From Isurus oxyrinchus (lineage: Eukaryota): a DNA stretch of 64,000 nucleotides. The stretch lies in assembly GCA_026770705.1 (NCBI GenBank), contig JANJGN010000119.1, positions 868,001 through 932,000 of the forward strand, given 5' to 3'. The stretch's first letter is position 1. Each line of letters starts with the position of its first letter. The translations under genes and the position numbers were made by a program. Below, in pieces: positions 11,771 to 24,959 of the stretch. Under the pieces are notes generated by a model. It was given only the letters and a program-made list of their open reading frames with translations, was not told where the DNA came from and did not search any database.

Positions 11771-12549
11771 GATATATGAGCTAATTGATTTCAGTGCATT
11801 ACTTTTGGTTCTTGAATCACGCAGAAGCGCAGACAAATCAGTGCTCGGAGCATCGAACCCTCTGGACAGCACTGGGCGTCGTGATTAACTGGGATAGAAA
11901 GTCTGACCCCAGTGGACACGTTTTAATAAGAGCATGTGTCTCTGTGGAACTGAGCTGAATGCGGGTCATCAAGTGTAATGGTACACACTATTTTTGCTTA
12001 ATAAAAACTAATCATTCAGTGGATTGATCACTGCGCACCATGGTAACCCTGCCTTGTATTGTTAAATAACTCGATAGCAAATGGAAAGGTTTTTGCTGCT
12101 GGTTGAATACGTCTATTGATTGAAACTAATTGACATTTTAGATTTCTTATGGAACTTCAGGAAGAGACCGAGTTGCTAAGTGTCCAGTGAGAGACGCAGA
12201 GCTGGACAGCAGTACCGTATTCAAATAATTCGAATAATGACAACGTTACACATTATTGACTAAATGCAAACAGTAAGATTGCGTTGTTGTTATTCATTAT
12301 TCTACCTCTGAATCTCACTGAAGTTTGATGAATCGGTTCTTTTCTGTGAACCAGGGGAAGCATATAAACCCAGAAGCATACATTTCAGATTTTTCTAAAA
12401 CGGAGCTGCGTCCACGGGCACGGAGTAATGCCATTCAAAAATTTAAATATGAATTTATAGTGCACGGTTTTAATGAACAGACGGGTTTATCATCTGTACT
12501 GTTAGAAAGGAACTGATGAATATTGTTCGTAATTTAATTGCAACTCATT

Positions 12550-12760
12550 TCATAGGATTTACAGCAGAGGAATTGCCATTCGTACCAAATGGATTTTGCC
12601 TGTGTTTATGTTCCACAACAGTGACTCTCCCTCACAGCCATGCTAAAGTTATTAGCATATCCATGTATTTCCTCACCTATCGATCAATCGAACTTCCCCT
12701 TAAGGCTTTTCACACCATTGGGTCCATGATATAGCACGTTCCTTATTCTGACCATTCACT
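12550..12760 (-). mobile_element. Short CR1 3' fragment
   Basis: ATAGGATTTACAGCAGAGGAATTGCCATTC is a reversed CR1-type tail, followed by degenerate 3' sequence. Confidence 0.45.
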
Positions 12761-13099
12761 AGCCCCTTTGGGAATTTATTACCACGAGGGACTGTAAGTG
12801 TATAATTTTACTGACTGTTTGCTACTACAGGAGTAGAACACCTGCCAACAGACAGGCTGAAGAATGCCCGACCACGAGGGTGTCAGGGCGACGAGCGAAA
12901 ATTAGTTATGCTGATCCGTTTTGTTGGGGGTGGGGGGGGGGGGTGGGGGGAGGTGGTGAGGTGGAGGGGATCTGATTCTTCAGAAACCGTGGAAGGATTC
13001 TAATCTAGTGCTAGTTGGAGACGTTCACCAATTCAGAATGACTTTGTGTCGTATGATTAGTCTGTTGAAGCATGTCATAAAAACTTAATAACGAAAGAC

Positions 13100-13500
13100 T
13101 TAGCAGGAGTAGCCCACTCAGTCCCTCGAGCTTGATCCGGTATTTAATAAATTCCTGGGTGATCTGTTTGTAACCTCAACCCCAGATTTCTGCCCACTGC
13201 CTCGTACCTTTCAGCCCTTTGTTAATTCAAAATCCATTGTTCTGTGCCTTAGAACTATTGAAGGTCTCTGGTGCCACTACATTTGACGAATTGAATTCTA
13301 AAGATGCACGAACCTCTGAGAGATATATAAAAAAAAATCTCCTCATCGCTGCCTTTAATGGGAGGCCCGTTATTTTAAAACAGTGGCTCCTAATTCTAGG
13401 TTCTCACACAAGAAGAAACAATTTCTCCACATCCATCCTGTGAAGATTCCCCAGCTTCTTAAAGTTTGCAGTCAGGTAGCATCTTACTCTTCTCAACTCC
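13100..13500 (-). mobile_element. CR1 LINE 3' fragment
   Basis: TAGCAGGAGTAGCCCACTCAGTCCCTCGAGC reversed tail. The body is homologous to 2720-3100 and 30810-31200. Confidence 0.75.
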
Positions 13501-13812
13501 AGTCGGCGTCAAATGAAGTGAATCCTGGAAACCCCGTTAAATCAAATGTTGCCAAAGACACTATCTGTTGAAATGGCCAGAATATTTTCCCAGGAGCATT
13601 TTCCACCCCTTGTCCTGCCGGAGATTAATCTGGAGGTGAATGGATTCGAGTATGGCTGGGAGATGGGTTGTGATTTCATTAACTCATAGCACCTTAAAAT
13701 ATACCAAATCACCCTTATGATGTAATCATGCTGTATGATGTAGTCAACCTCGACTAAAACACGGAGACTTTGGTCTGTCATTTACAATCTATTTTAATTT
13801 TCTCTCTTACAG

Positions 13813-14723
13813 TTAATTTAGTGACGATTTTGATCCTGTCCAGGGGAAAGTGCGGCCTATCCACTTGCACAACAAGGTACCTGGTAGCAATGGCAGCGGC
13901 GGATTTACTTGTAATTATTACTGATGCCATATTGTATCAGATACGTGATTATTATTTCCCTGGTTCTTTCCTGGACATCACTCCGTTATGTAGTGTTATC
14001 TTTGCCCTGATTTCTGCAGCCACAGATTGTTCTGTCTGGTTCACCGTCACTTTTTCCTTGGATCGATTTGTCACAATCTGTTGCCAAAAGTTTAGATCTA
14101 AATATTGCACGGAGAAAACAGCAATTGTGGTTTTATCAACAACTTGTGTTGTGTTCTGTTTAAGAAACGTTCCATTTTGCTTTATATATGAACCTAGAGA
14201 GATAATCGGCAATGTACCCTGGTACTGCCATGATATGCCAAGCTATTATACAGATCCAGGGTGGGTGGGCTTTGACTGGTTTCATAAAGTTTTAACACCA
14301 TTGCTCCCATTCACTTTGATTCTTTTGCTTAATGTTCTGACAGTCAGGCATATTTTAGTGGCCAGTCGAGTCCGTAAGAGATTGAGGGGTCAGAGCAAGG
14401 GAAAAGGCCAAAATGACCCAGAAATGGAAAGCAGAAGGAAGTCGATGATCTTACTATTCACAATATCCGGCAACTTCATGCTGTTGTGGTTGACACATGT
14501 GGTAGATTTTTTATATTATAACATTACAGGAACAGATCCCAATAGTTACAACGATTCTTTATACATTTTTCGGCAAGTAGGATTTATGCTGCGAGATGTA
14601 AGTTGTTGCACAAACACATTCATTTATGCAGTGACACAATCCAAATTCAGAGAACAGTTCAAAAGGGCGGGAACATATCCTGTTAGGTCAATTATGCAAC
14701 TAATAAATACACCGAGAGACTGA
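13813..14723 (+). CDS. GPR139/GPR142-like class A (rhodopsin-family) GPCR, coding exon 2 (end of TM1 to TM7 and C-tail)
   Basis: Uninterrupted ORF with hydrophobic helices and class A motifs: AAADLLV (TM2), SVWFTVTFSLDRFVTIC (TM3, DRF), PLLPFTLILLLN (TM5), FMLLWL (TM6), CCTNTFIY (TM7) and SKFREQ (helix 8). A strong acceptor TTTTCTCTCTTACAG ends at 13812, and the stop is TGA at 14721-14723. Confidence 0.93.
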
Positions 14724-15039
14724 GTGAATTCATAAACGGGCCGAATGTCTGAGTCACAACAATGAAATAGTGTACTCCTAAATCAGTCAACTCAATGAGA
14801 GCAGCAATCACTGATGACCTGCGAAGGAATCCGAAAATTGGCAATTACTGTATTGAAGAAACAATATTAGTTTTGTCCGATATTTTAGATAATTTGATTT
14901 GGAGAAGAGCAGTATTTGCAGAAAGCTATACGAACACCTAAAAGTGTGCAATCAGTTCGCTGACAGCTACATAATTAACGAACTCTTGAATAAGTCGGTA
15001 TATCTAGCAGACTTTAGGGATACCTTGAAATCCCACAGT

Positions 15040-15215
15040 CCATCTCGCTCTCTCTCACAGACACACACACAAACTCTCTCTCTCTGTTTCTGCCTTGCTC
15101 TCTATGTCTTCCTCTGTCTCCCTCGCTCCCATTCTTTCGCCCGTGCTCTCATTTCCCCTTTTCAACACACACACACACATACACACACACAGACGGATAT
15201 ACGCACACACTGCCT
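15040..15215. repeat. (CT)n/(CA)n low-complexity microsatellite region
   Basis: Directly visible CT and CA runs. Confidence 0.8.
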
Positions 15216-15459
15216 CCCGCACACTTTGCAAACAACACTAGGCCAAACACGTCGAGTGCCGGTAAAACATGCATGATTTAGAAATTAAACTTCCATCCAC
15301 ACTTTGCCATCAAGCACGCCTAGGCAGATTCAAGGTTGGCTCCATTTGATACAGTAAGGCTGAATCCATAGTCTACAATTCCGAAGCCACCACTGACATC
15401 CATGAGGGCAGATTTTGACCGATTCTCCTGCCACCCGCCCGTCATCTGCATTTCATAGG

Positions 15460-15505
15460 TTGGGGGGGGGGGGGGGGGGTGGGGTTGGGGGGGGGGGGGG
15501 GGGGC
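15460..15505. repeat. Poly-G tract within a GC-rich, probably DNA-transposon-derived segment
   Basis: G homopolymer runs. Similar tracts occur at ~12925-12970, ~17358-17385 and (poly-C) ~27570-27625. Confidence 0.8.
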
Positions 15506-16959
15506 TCGAATCCTGCAACTGGAGCACACGTTTTGTGAAATTGAGAGGCAGATGCAGTGAAGGCAGAGCATGCGGGAGAATGAATAAATTCTGTCCATCA
15601 AATGATCATACCACTGGCAGGGCGAATCCTGTATAGATTTTGGTTAACCGTACAGAAGGTTGGAAGAGATCCAGGATTGTGCCAGCTATGTGCCACATTC
15701 AAAACCGCTTTCATTATTTGAAACGACAGGCCGTACAGACACCCTGAAAGTGTGAAGTTCAGGCCATGGCACCAATAGAAAAGGAACTACACAAGAAGGA
15801 ACAAAAAAGGATTAAATAGCTCTCGTTGGGGAAAACTGCAAGTGCACGGTAACAGAGATGTATTCCCGTGACATTCATTCTGAGTTAGTTATGTTGTTTT
15901 GCCACCGTGTGCCAGGGTCAAGATCAGCATGGACACGGTGCAAAATGCTCGGCACGAGCAAGGGAGACGGCAGGTCTGCCCTTCTGCCAGAATTTCATGA
16001 TTATAAATGACGTTGAAATGTAGTGCATGAGAATTAGAAAATCTTGTGTCATACCCATTGTCATTCCTGAGCGAAATCGGAATATATTGAGGTTCAGTGC
16101 GTTGGCTGAGTACAATAATTTTTCTTCTGATGTCACAAGAGGCAGGAAATAACTTCACGAAAGTCAACATTATTAAATATTTTGATTCGTCTATCAATTC
16201 ACGTTGAAAATTACCACAGAAGCCATATTTGTGCTTTATGGACTATGGAATTGAGAATTGAAGAAGCCACGTTCGGGGGAATCGTGTATAACACCCAGGA
16301 GGAACTTTGAGAGGCAACGGGATATATGATTCTTAGCTAAATGAAGACGGAGAGGAAGGTACTAACAAATTAGCTGTTGTTTGGCTGAAAGCGTCCGGCA
16401 TTCTGCGAGCTTTGCAACCGTACAGTTAGTGAGGAATAGGAGCATTTTTCTGTTCCTCCCAGAATTAAAAATTGCTGAGCTGCTAAGTCCACATGAAAGA
16501 CGCAAACACCATCTGATCGACTGCAGGACACTTCATACCTGCTAAGCTGAACAACATGTTTCAACCCCTTCACTTTCACAATAGAGAGGCAATTCAAGGC
16601 ATGGGAAGCGTTGATACCTTACGTAGGATGATAAGATTTTGCATATTTCAGGATTATTTCTACTCCTGTATTTAACATACGATTTGTGTTTTAGTAAATA
16701 GCGGCAACATTTTTACTAAAGTAGCTTTCAGCAATTGTTCTTCAATAAAATAAACGTTATCCTGTTTAAGGCTAAAGCTTTACTGTGTGTGTATGTGTGC
16801 GTATCATTAAATGGGAACATTCATAAATTTAAAAGGCGGCGACGTGCACACACGAACATACGCACAAATAGACACAAAGACACACGTGCATATTCTTACT
16901 TCATAAACCACTTTGAAGAAATTCATTTTACATGATTGTGAGAATATTGGGAAAGGTGT

Positions 16960-17750
16960 GTTGCCATATTAGATAGCAGCATCCTTAGATGTATTACGAG
17001 TAATACAAAGGTACATTCATAATGCATGCTTGTAAATTAGAAATGGGGCGAAGAAAGCTGGTAAACTACATACGTCCATAATGGTACCGTGATATGTTAT
17101 TTTTATGACAACAATGAAAACGTGAGCGAAAAATGGCATCGTTTTGCGCTTAGTTATCAAAGATATGAGGTGTTCCGAAAAAAGTTAGGGAGGTAGAAAG
17201 AATGAAGGTAGGATAGCAGGAGTAATTCGGCAATTTGTTCAGTGCTAAAAAAAAATGAAGTCCTTTAGTGGGCAAAAATAGAATTCATTTGGATAAAGAT
17301 GAGAAACATAAAGGGGACAATCATGCTTCTGTGGGAATTGTATAGGCCTCCAGGGAGTTGGGGGTGGGGGGGGGGGGGTGGGGTGGTTGTGTGGGTGTAT
17401 TGGGGTACTGGGACACGTAGCGGAACAAATATTCGGATTGAATATGGAGAATTAATGCTCGGTGAAGTGACAGCATTGTGGGAATTTAATTGCCAAATAT
17501 GTATGTTAGATGTCAAAAAATAATCACATGGAAATAAGGCTACTTTGAACAGTGATAAACGGGAAACATTTCCGAAATGTGTTCAGGAGAAATTTCGTTG
17601 AGTATTATTCTTTCTGTACAACGAGAAAGAGGACACTAAATCATCTGATGCAAATTAATATGGTGGACAATGTGGGTAAACTCTGTGTGAAAGTCGATAA
17701 AGTAAGATTGACCATTGCATCATATAATATATTTTCACATTGGAAAAGAG
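16960..17750 (+). mobile_element. CR1 ORF2 endonuclease-region fragment
   Basis: EFIWIKMRNIKGTIMLLWELYRPP (17281-17352) and ALWEFN resemble the APE motifs YRPP and GDFN of CR1 ORF2. Confidence 0.7.
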
Positions 17751-17889
17751 CAAGTGGAAATCTTCAGTATAAGTTCCAAATTGGAAGGGGCCTAGCTTAA
17801 ATGTCAAGAGAGTGGATTAAACAGTGAAAAATGGAATCACAGATGTACAGAACAAATCTGCCATGTAATCATAGGTGATCTTGAATTTA

Positions 17890-19560
17890 AGTGCATCAGT
17901 AATTGAGCACTCGGATTGACCCCTACAGACGGCACCTCCAATCCATTGCACCTTTGCTGACCTTTAGCCTCAACATCAATTTCCCACCCACCCAACGCAT
18001 GCCTTGATTTCTGAGAGAGAAACGAAAAATTTCTGCTTCATCTTTAATTGCATTCACCTTTTGAGTGGGGAAATGGAACATTCACAGTCAGTTAAGTGAA
18101 GAAATTTCTCCAGAGCACAGACCTAACTAATCAATCCCTTATCTAGAAACCGTTAGTGCATGCATTAGGTTTCGCAGCCTGGGGATATAACCAAATAGCA
18201 CCTAGACTTTATAGGCCTTCAGAATTGTTTATGAATTAATGAGAACACCTCTCTTTCTTCAAAGGCCGGATAGTACGAGCGTTGCTTAGTCTTTTTTTTT
18301 TATAGGAAAACAGTTCCATTCCAGAAACCAATCTATTGAGCATTTGCTCTCGCAGCTCCAAAGCAATTATATCCTTCTTGAGATGCGGAGACCAAAGCTA
18401 CGCACAGTACTCCAGGTGTGACTGCACCAACACCCCGTACAATTGAAACACTACTTCTATATTATTGCACACCAATCCCAATGTCGAGCATGTCCTTTAC
18501 ACCCCTAATTCCTTTTTTGCAGCCACATGGAAAGTGTTGTTTCCTATGTACAAGGGCACCAAAGCTCCTCACAGCATCAATGTGTACACTTCTATCCCCT
18601 TTACAAACATTTTTTTTTCATTCTTAACAAGGAAATAAAGAAGCAATTTTTTTCTTACTTTTATACTCTATCTGAGATTTTGCTGCTCAACAAGTTAACC
18701 TGTCTATACATCTTTGTCATATTTCTGTTGAATTTCTGAGAACTTAAATTCCAAACTAACTTCGCATTGTCAAACTTAGAAATATTAGCACTGTCAATTC
18801 GTCAAAGTTGTAAACATAGACTGCAGGTCACTGAGAACGCAGCATTGCCTTCTGGCACTCCAATTTGAATATGTTTTCTTTATTCTTGCGTTTTGCTTCT
18901 TGTCCAATAGGCATTTCTCTATCCATTCCAATAAACGCTATTACCCCACAAATACCTTTTATCAGGACGTTTTTGAATTACATTTGGAAAGGTGAGTGAA
19001 TTGTATCTACCTTTATCAGCCCTGCTGGTTTCTTATTTTTGACAAAGAGTCTAATTAGATTTCAGTCTTTGTACTTCCATGTGACGATGTCTGATGATAA
19101 TATAATCTTCACCGCACATTGTTAAATATTGAGAAATGATAGATTTAAGCGTTTTCTGATGACTAACGTTGGACTCAATGGCCTGCAGGTTAGTTCCTTT
19201 GCCGCACTCCATTCATGAATAGCGCCATCACATTTCGCCATTTCCGATTCCCTGATATAATTTGAATAATAATGTCCAGAGCATGATGTACTCCGCAGTA
19301 ATCACTATCAAACACCGGGCATATAGCCCATCAGTCCCTGGGGATTCATCGGATAGCATTCCCCTAACTTTAGCCAACAATGTTTTCTCTACTAATAGTA
19401 ATTCCAAAGAGCATTGCACATGTATACGTCATTTCATTTTCTTTTTTCTTTAATTCTGTGTTCCAGGTTTGTAAATTGCGCTCTCTACTGCTAAACAGAT
19501 GAGGCATATTTTCGCAACCTCTTCGACATTCCTCTTTCACCAAAATATCTCTTTTCTCTG
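17890..19560 (-). mobile_element. Old degenerate CR1 LINE ORF2
   Basis: SPGTDGLY (ORF 19228-19419). HLEYCA*LWSP on the - strand at ~18385-18420. Confidence 0.7.
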
Positions 19561-20269
19561 GTATTCAAGAAACAAATGTCTTCACTTTTCTTATACATTT
19601 ATAAAATATTTTGCAATCTGTTTCTGTATTCTGTTTTCTCCTATTCTATAGTTTTGCCCTTTTGATCAACATTTTATTGGTTGTTGTAAGGTTCCTAATA
19701 GTCTCCCTGCTCTCATATTTAAAACTCTTTTGCCACATTTTAAAACTCTCATTTTAATCAAATTTATTTTTTTTACTTTCTCAGTGATGTTCCACTTATG
19801 TGCAATTTGACAACCATTCCTGTCATCTGAATAGCAAATCCCATCGAACAATTCTCGTGTTAAATTGACATTTGGCATTATTGTTCCTGTTCACCAAACC
19901 TGTGGTTTGACATCGCCGAACAATTAGATCTGTGTGACACCACAGAAGCGTGCAACATCATGGAACTGATGAACGCAATCAATGCCTGCGAACCTGGCTG
20001 ACGTCGCCAACGTCACAAAGATGCTTCACAATTTCACACTATAGTGCACAAAAAAAACGAAAAACCCAAAACAATTTCTTGTTTGACTACATTGGCGACA
20101 TGGAGACATGGAGGACTTAACATGAATTCTAGGCAGGTCCTCTGGGATTCTGCTCATTCGGATATTATATTATTTTGGATTGTTTCTATATATGTTTCGG
20201 TCTGCGCTTTTACCAGTGCATGTTTTAGTCTATTGGCTGACCTGCTTTGTTGAACTAGAAGTGTCAAGT

Positions 20270-20442
20270 GCAAAAACAGAAAATGTTGGAAATCTCAGCA
20301 GACCTAGAAGCATCTGTGGAGAGAAAAAAAAAAGCAGGGAGTCAATCTTTCGAGACTGTAAGATCCTTCCTCAGAGCATTGGAATTTTCCAGCTTTTTTG
20401 TTTTTGTTTCAGATTTGCAGCATTCACAATATTTTCCTTTTA
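20270..20442. mobile_element. Older fold-back Penelope terminal insertion
   Basis: CAAAAACAGAAAATGTTGGAAAT...CAGCAGACCTAGAAGCATCTGTGGAGAG is followed by the inverted TTTTCCAGCTTTTTTGTTTTTGTTTCAGATTTGCAGCATTCACAATATTTT. No TSD recognised. Confidence 0.7.
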
Positions 20443-22814
20443 GTTCGCAATTTGAATGTGTCGTTCAAACCTAACTACAAAATGAATTTATCATAACCAT
20501 TGCTTACCAGCAGAGTTTCCAAATGTAATTACTGATGGAACTTATTTTACAGTACAGAACTGAATGATAATTAGCCTTATCCCTCAAATGTTTTGAATTG
20601 TCACGTTCCGGGCAAATACCATGAAATATAGACTTATCTTGCAGGCGACATTTGCCAATGTGATTAAACAAATGGTACATTGATAATAAACTCCAAAATT
20701 ATTGGATTATCTTTGTGGCAATTTAACAGTCGTGTTCCTCTTATTCATCTACCTTATGGTGAAAACATTAGTCCTGACTGACTCATATAAAGCGCCCTAA
20801 TATTTAAGTTTTCACTGCTATTCGTTAGGTGGACCTTATTTGCAAGCCACTAAGATCGTTAATCTCTCTCCTCATAACCTGATGTGTGATGCTTCACTTC
20901 ATTCCAACTGTTTTTCAATTTGACTCTCAACTTTTCTTTTTCAAATGAGGTTTCTAAGTCTGCTTTTAGATAAACTCCGCTGCACCCTTTTACTCTCTCA
21001 CATATTCACACTTGTAGGATTTACCGAGTCATGGATCATAGTTCCATTTAAAGGGAGTCAGCCCAAAGGTAACATTCCCTCTTTCACAAGTTATGGTGCC
21101 AGTGATGCATGAATTTAACCCAATAGCTCGCACAAAACTCTTTGAGCCACATTAAGTCGGAAACGATTCAGGTACAGACTGGACTGTATATATTAACGGC
21201 TATAGAGAATGGAACCAAAGCTAGAGGTTCTTGGACATAGGAGGAGGAAGAGCACATGATACAACTAACAAAATGATACCATGTCGGAAAATTTTTCTAG
21301 TGGGAGCTAAACAAATTAAACGAGGTGTGAGGAATTCTGGAGAGTGAAAAAGGACATACAAGTATTTTTCTTTTCGTGGGATATCCTGGGCGTTTTCCTG
21401 GCATATTTAGAAGGCATTTTAACAAACAGGTTAGTGATAGATGAGATCCCCGCTACCTCCCTGGCTGCACCCCGATGAAGAGAATGACATTAACCCCTGG
21501 ATAATCACTCCTGCTCCTTCTGACCTGTGGACTGGTTGCTCCTCAAAAGGGACTATTAGATGGATGTAAGTCCATGAATATCCATTATTTCCTGGATGAA
21601 GGGCCTGAGGAAAAGAACAGCAGGCGTCTGATTGGATAGATGGAAAAGTAGGAAGTTTTTCAGCATTGATGAAAATACTTCAGGACAATAGAGTCTGATT
21701 CCTTGCAAATGGTTGTGTTTTAGACTGGAAGATCTTGAGAGTGGTGCTCTACAATGTGCAGTGAAATAGCCACTGTGGAACGTGAAAGACACTTTCAAAG
21801 TTTGCCAATGGTGCTATGCGTGGTGCAACAGAGAGTGTTGCAATTCCAACAAAATAGATAGCTCCATAGGCGAGCAGAATGAGCACAAAAATGTTAGATG
21901 GGATTTAATGCCGGGGCGGGTGAGGAACTTACGTTTGAGAGATGTGGTGGCGGACACAATAGCATGGGAACAGAACACTTCTAAAGAGAGCACAGGGACA
22001 AATAACACTTGTCCAGAATTTGGCAGCACTGATATGGGACCAGCCGAGTCCGGTTCCTGAACTATATGGTGACTGGGACGTGAAAATGTATCGGTCTCTG
22101 AATTGTTTCACTAGCACGAAGAATGGGATGAATCGTAAAGTCCACATACTGCACCTTGGAGTTAGAGGCAACTTAATACGAGTGTTAATTTCTGAACCTG
22201 CCGAAATTTAGTGCAGGCGGCCGGGTTCTTAAATCCCTCCAAAATGAAACTTGTAGTTGAGCGAACAAATGAATGGAAGTGGGTAAGGCAAGGCAAGCAA
22301 ATCTGTTTTCCCTTTCTTATGGTTAATCAAGAATTTTAATGCCCTGAGTTTAAATGTGCTTACCAAATTTGCCAGTGACTGCTCTGTGATTATAAACTGA
22401 ATTTAACATTAAAGTTAATTGTTTCCATTTACCTACTTCTGAAAGTGATCATACACTCGAGTGAAGGAAGAGATATAAAATTTGCTATAGTATCAAATGA
22501 ATTAGAATTAATTTTCCACTGCATAAAATATTTTCTTGCATTGTACATTATTGCAAAGCTAGGTCAGTGTCAGGCCTGGAGCTTGTTACTTAAACTCAAC
22601 CACTTGTTTTCAACAATGCTGTGCAAATCAGCTCTCTAATCTGTTTTGCCGTTTTAACGCTTAGACAGATATAATAGCTTCTGTCTGCCTTCAAAACAGT
22701 AAAGCATTCTGAACTGCCAAAAGATACATTAATTTCGATGTTTGGTGCATTCCAAAGCAATGATGGAATCTACAGCAATTGAGTAATTTAGGACGCATAA
22801 GAAGGTGTGTTTTT

Positions 22815-23142
22815 TTTTTCAATTTGCTAATGGGATTTGGGCATCGGTCATTTATTGCCCCTTCGCAATAGCCCTTGTTCAGAGGACAGTTTCAGTGTGA
22901 ACTATATTGCTGTGTGTCTGTAGTTACATGCAGAGAAGAACAGGAAATGCAGGCTGATTTCCTTCCCAAGAACACGTCACTAAACCAGAAGCGTTTGCTC
23001 AACAAGTAAAAATGATATCTTAGCGATCAGACTTTTAATTCCAGATTTTTCTTGAATTCGAATTTCAAAATTTGCCTTCGTGGATTTCGAACACAGGCCA
23101 CAATGCTAGTAGAATGACAGTATTGCATTGCTACCACCTTCC
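22815..23142 (-). mobile_element. tRNA-derived SINE (DeuSINE/SacSINE1-like), near full length, degenerate
   Basis: Homologous to 7450-7697 and 56560-56900. The B-box-like TGTTCGAAATCC is on the - strand at ~23082-23093, and the T-run tail is at ~22810. Confidence 0.7.
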
Positions 23143-24959
23143 TGAATATAGTCAACGGTGTGTATGCTGGGTTCTCTGAGAGCTATATAGACATGCTTGA
23201 AACATCATTTGTATCCCATAGCAGTTCCAGCTTAATTACTTCTAGTGCACATTCAAGTACCGTTTGAAATCTTTAGAGGAGAATTCAACTTCCTCTGAAT
23301 GCACAGGGTAGCGATCAAATTTCTGGAAGGCCTTCCCACGGGTTCCCTCCTACGGAATATTATGCAGGGATGGGCGAAGCTGAGAACAACCCACCAGCCC
23401 CTACCTCATTTGAGGCTCTTAAATAGTCCATGATCACTCATCCAAGTGCCATGTCTCACTCAGAACCAATTTTCAGGCTGGCGGGAGGAGTTGTGGGACA
23501 GTGGGGCAGCCAGCAAGTTAACCATATTCAGGCCTCTGGTAGGAATGGCTGAGCCCTGCGGGGTATAATGCCCACACCCGGCTTCTCCACCGACATTCTC
23601 TCTCCACCACTTCCATGCCAGCCCTCAACTAACCTGGCCAGACTTGAGACATGGCCGTCCCATGGTTAACTTGGCCCTGGAATCCCGGGACTTATGTTCT
23701 GCGAAGAGCTGGCCGTGCTAGTCCTGGCTAATGCAACTCCTACACACAAGGCAAAACGGTTAGCACTCGATCAGAATGGCCATCAGTTTTCTGAGGCGGA
23801 CTTCCTCCAGCGGGTAGGGCAGAAGCCCTAACTTCAACCACTTCACATTCGTTAGAGTGTGCGCTGGTAGCCTTGGCAGGCGGGAATGTAATTCAGCCGA
23901 CTCCATGAATGAAGGAAAGAGACGTTATGCCGTGCAAAGTGCGCTGGAATTGATTGATTCCCCTTCCAGTCACATCTTGGGCTGCGTTCTAATTGCCACT
24001 AACAACCTCTGCGTTATGAAGGACTCGATCTGAGTTATATTCCCGATGTATCTTTAGCTCTTGACATTGAATGTATGACCCATAGTGCTAGAACCATCAG
24101 GCTAGAGGAACATGTTTTCGTTGACTCCCTTATTGAGTTATGTTATAACCTTTTAGTAATCTATCAACTATCTCCACCCCTATTTTACTTAAAGAAGAAC
24201 AATCCCAGCTTTTCCTAACTAATTTTACGACAAAAATTTCCCATTATGGAAACTCATCTTCTAAATCTCTTCTGCCAGCCCACAAAGTCTCTCGCATCAT
24301 TCCTGAAGAGTCCTGGACGAATGAGAAACATTAATACATTTGGGTCATCACCAGTTGTTTAGAAATGTTAAGAATATAATTTCTTTTTTTTGATCTCATC
24401 ACCACTCTTTATAAGACCAAAGGTCCAATATGCCTTTATAACCACCTGCAGCAACACATCCCTCTCTTCCTTTACTTTAGTTGTAGCTCTGCCATTATGC
24501 CCACATTACTTATTCATATAACTTATTTTAATAAAATAATCACAGCATCACTGTTCCCTTTGGTAAATGTCATATGTCATTTGTCTGCCCAGTCTTCTGG
24601 ACTTTGTATATTTTTCAGCTGATTTGTACCATCGTCACTGTTTTCCATTCCTCTTGGTTTGGCATTACGAGCAAAGTTTGTAATTTCACTCGGTTACCCA
24701 AGATCCTATCTGTGTACATCTTGCAACAGAACGTAATGGTGCCATCGGTCATCAATTTGGAATACTGCTGCCGAAAATCAGCAAACTGAAAAAAAATCAT
24801 AATTACCACTCGCTGTTTTCTACTCCATGTATTTATTTACTTTTGGCCCGTTGGCCACTGACTCTCCTGTTGGATAAGTCTCAATTTCGTTAATCAGCCT
24901 GTTACTTGTTATCTTGTACAACTGTTTCCAAATGTTCATAAGTAGTGGATTTGAATCTG

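Noticed and set aside
11485-11872. Recurring peptides (KNRITWKNSAG..., KGHEDSKRQLFSSPPMLPDLLSF) in several ORFs as a small protein family
   Set aside because: These are translations of the non-coding Penelope terminal repeat.
13770-13812. ORF-track start (TTG, 'MVCHLQSILIFSLT') as the GPCR N-terminus
   Set aside because: It is a non-ATG start running through a polypyrimidine tract and CAG acceptor. This is intron sequence, and a fitting exon 1 exists at 11266-11332.
15320-15636. Poly-Pro/poly-Gly ORFs (also 17265-17523 and 27238-27640)
   Set aside because: Artefacts of poly-G/poly-C tracts.
21350-22000. Possible L1/Tx1-type LINE C-terminal relic (NVKDT, RNLRLRD)
   Set aside because: The motifs are too short and degenerate to support a call without a profile search.
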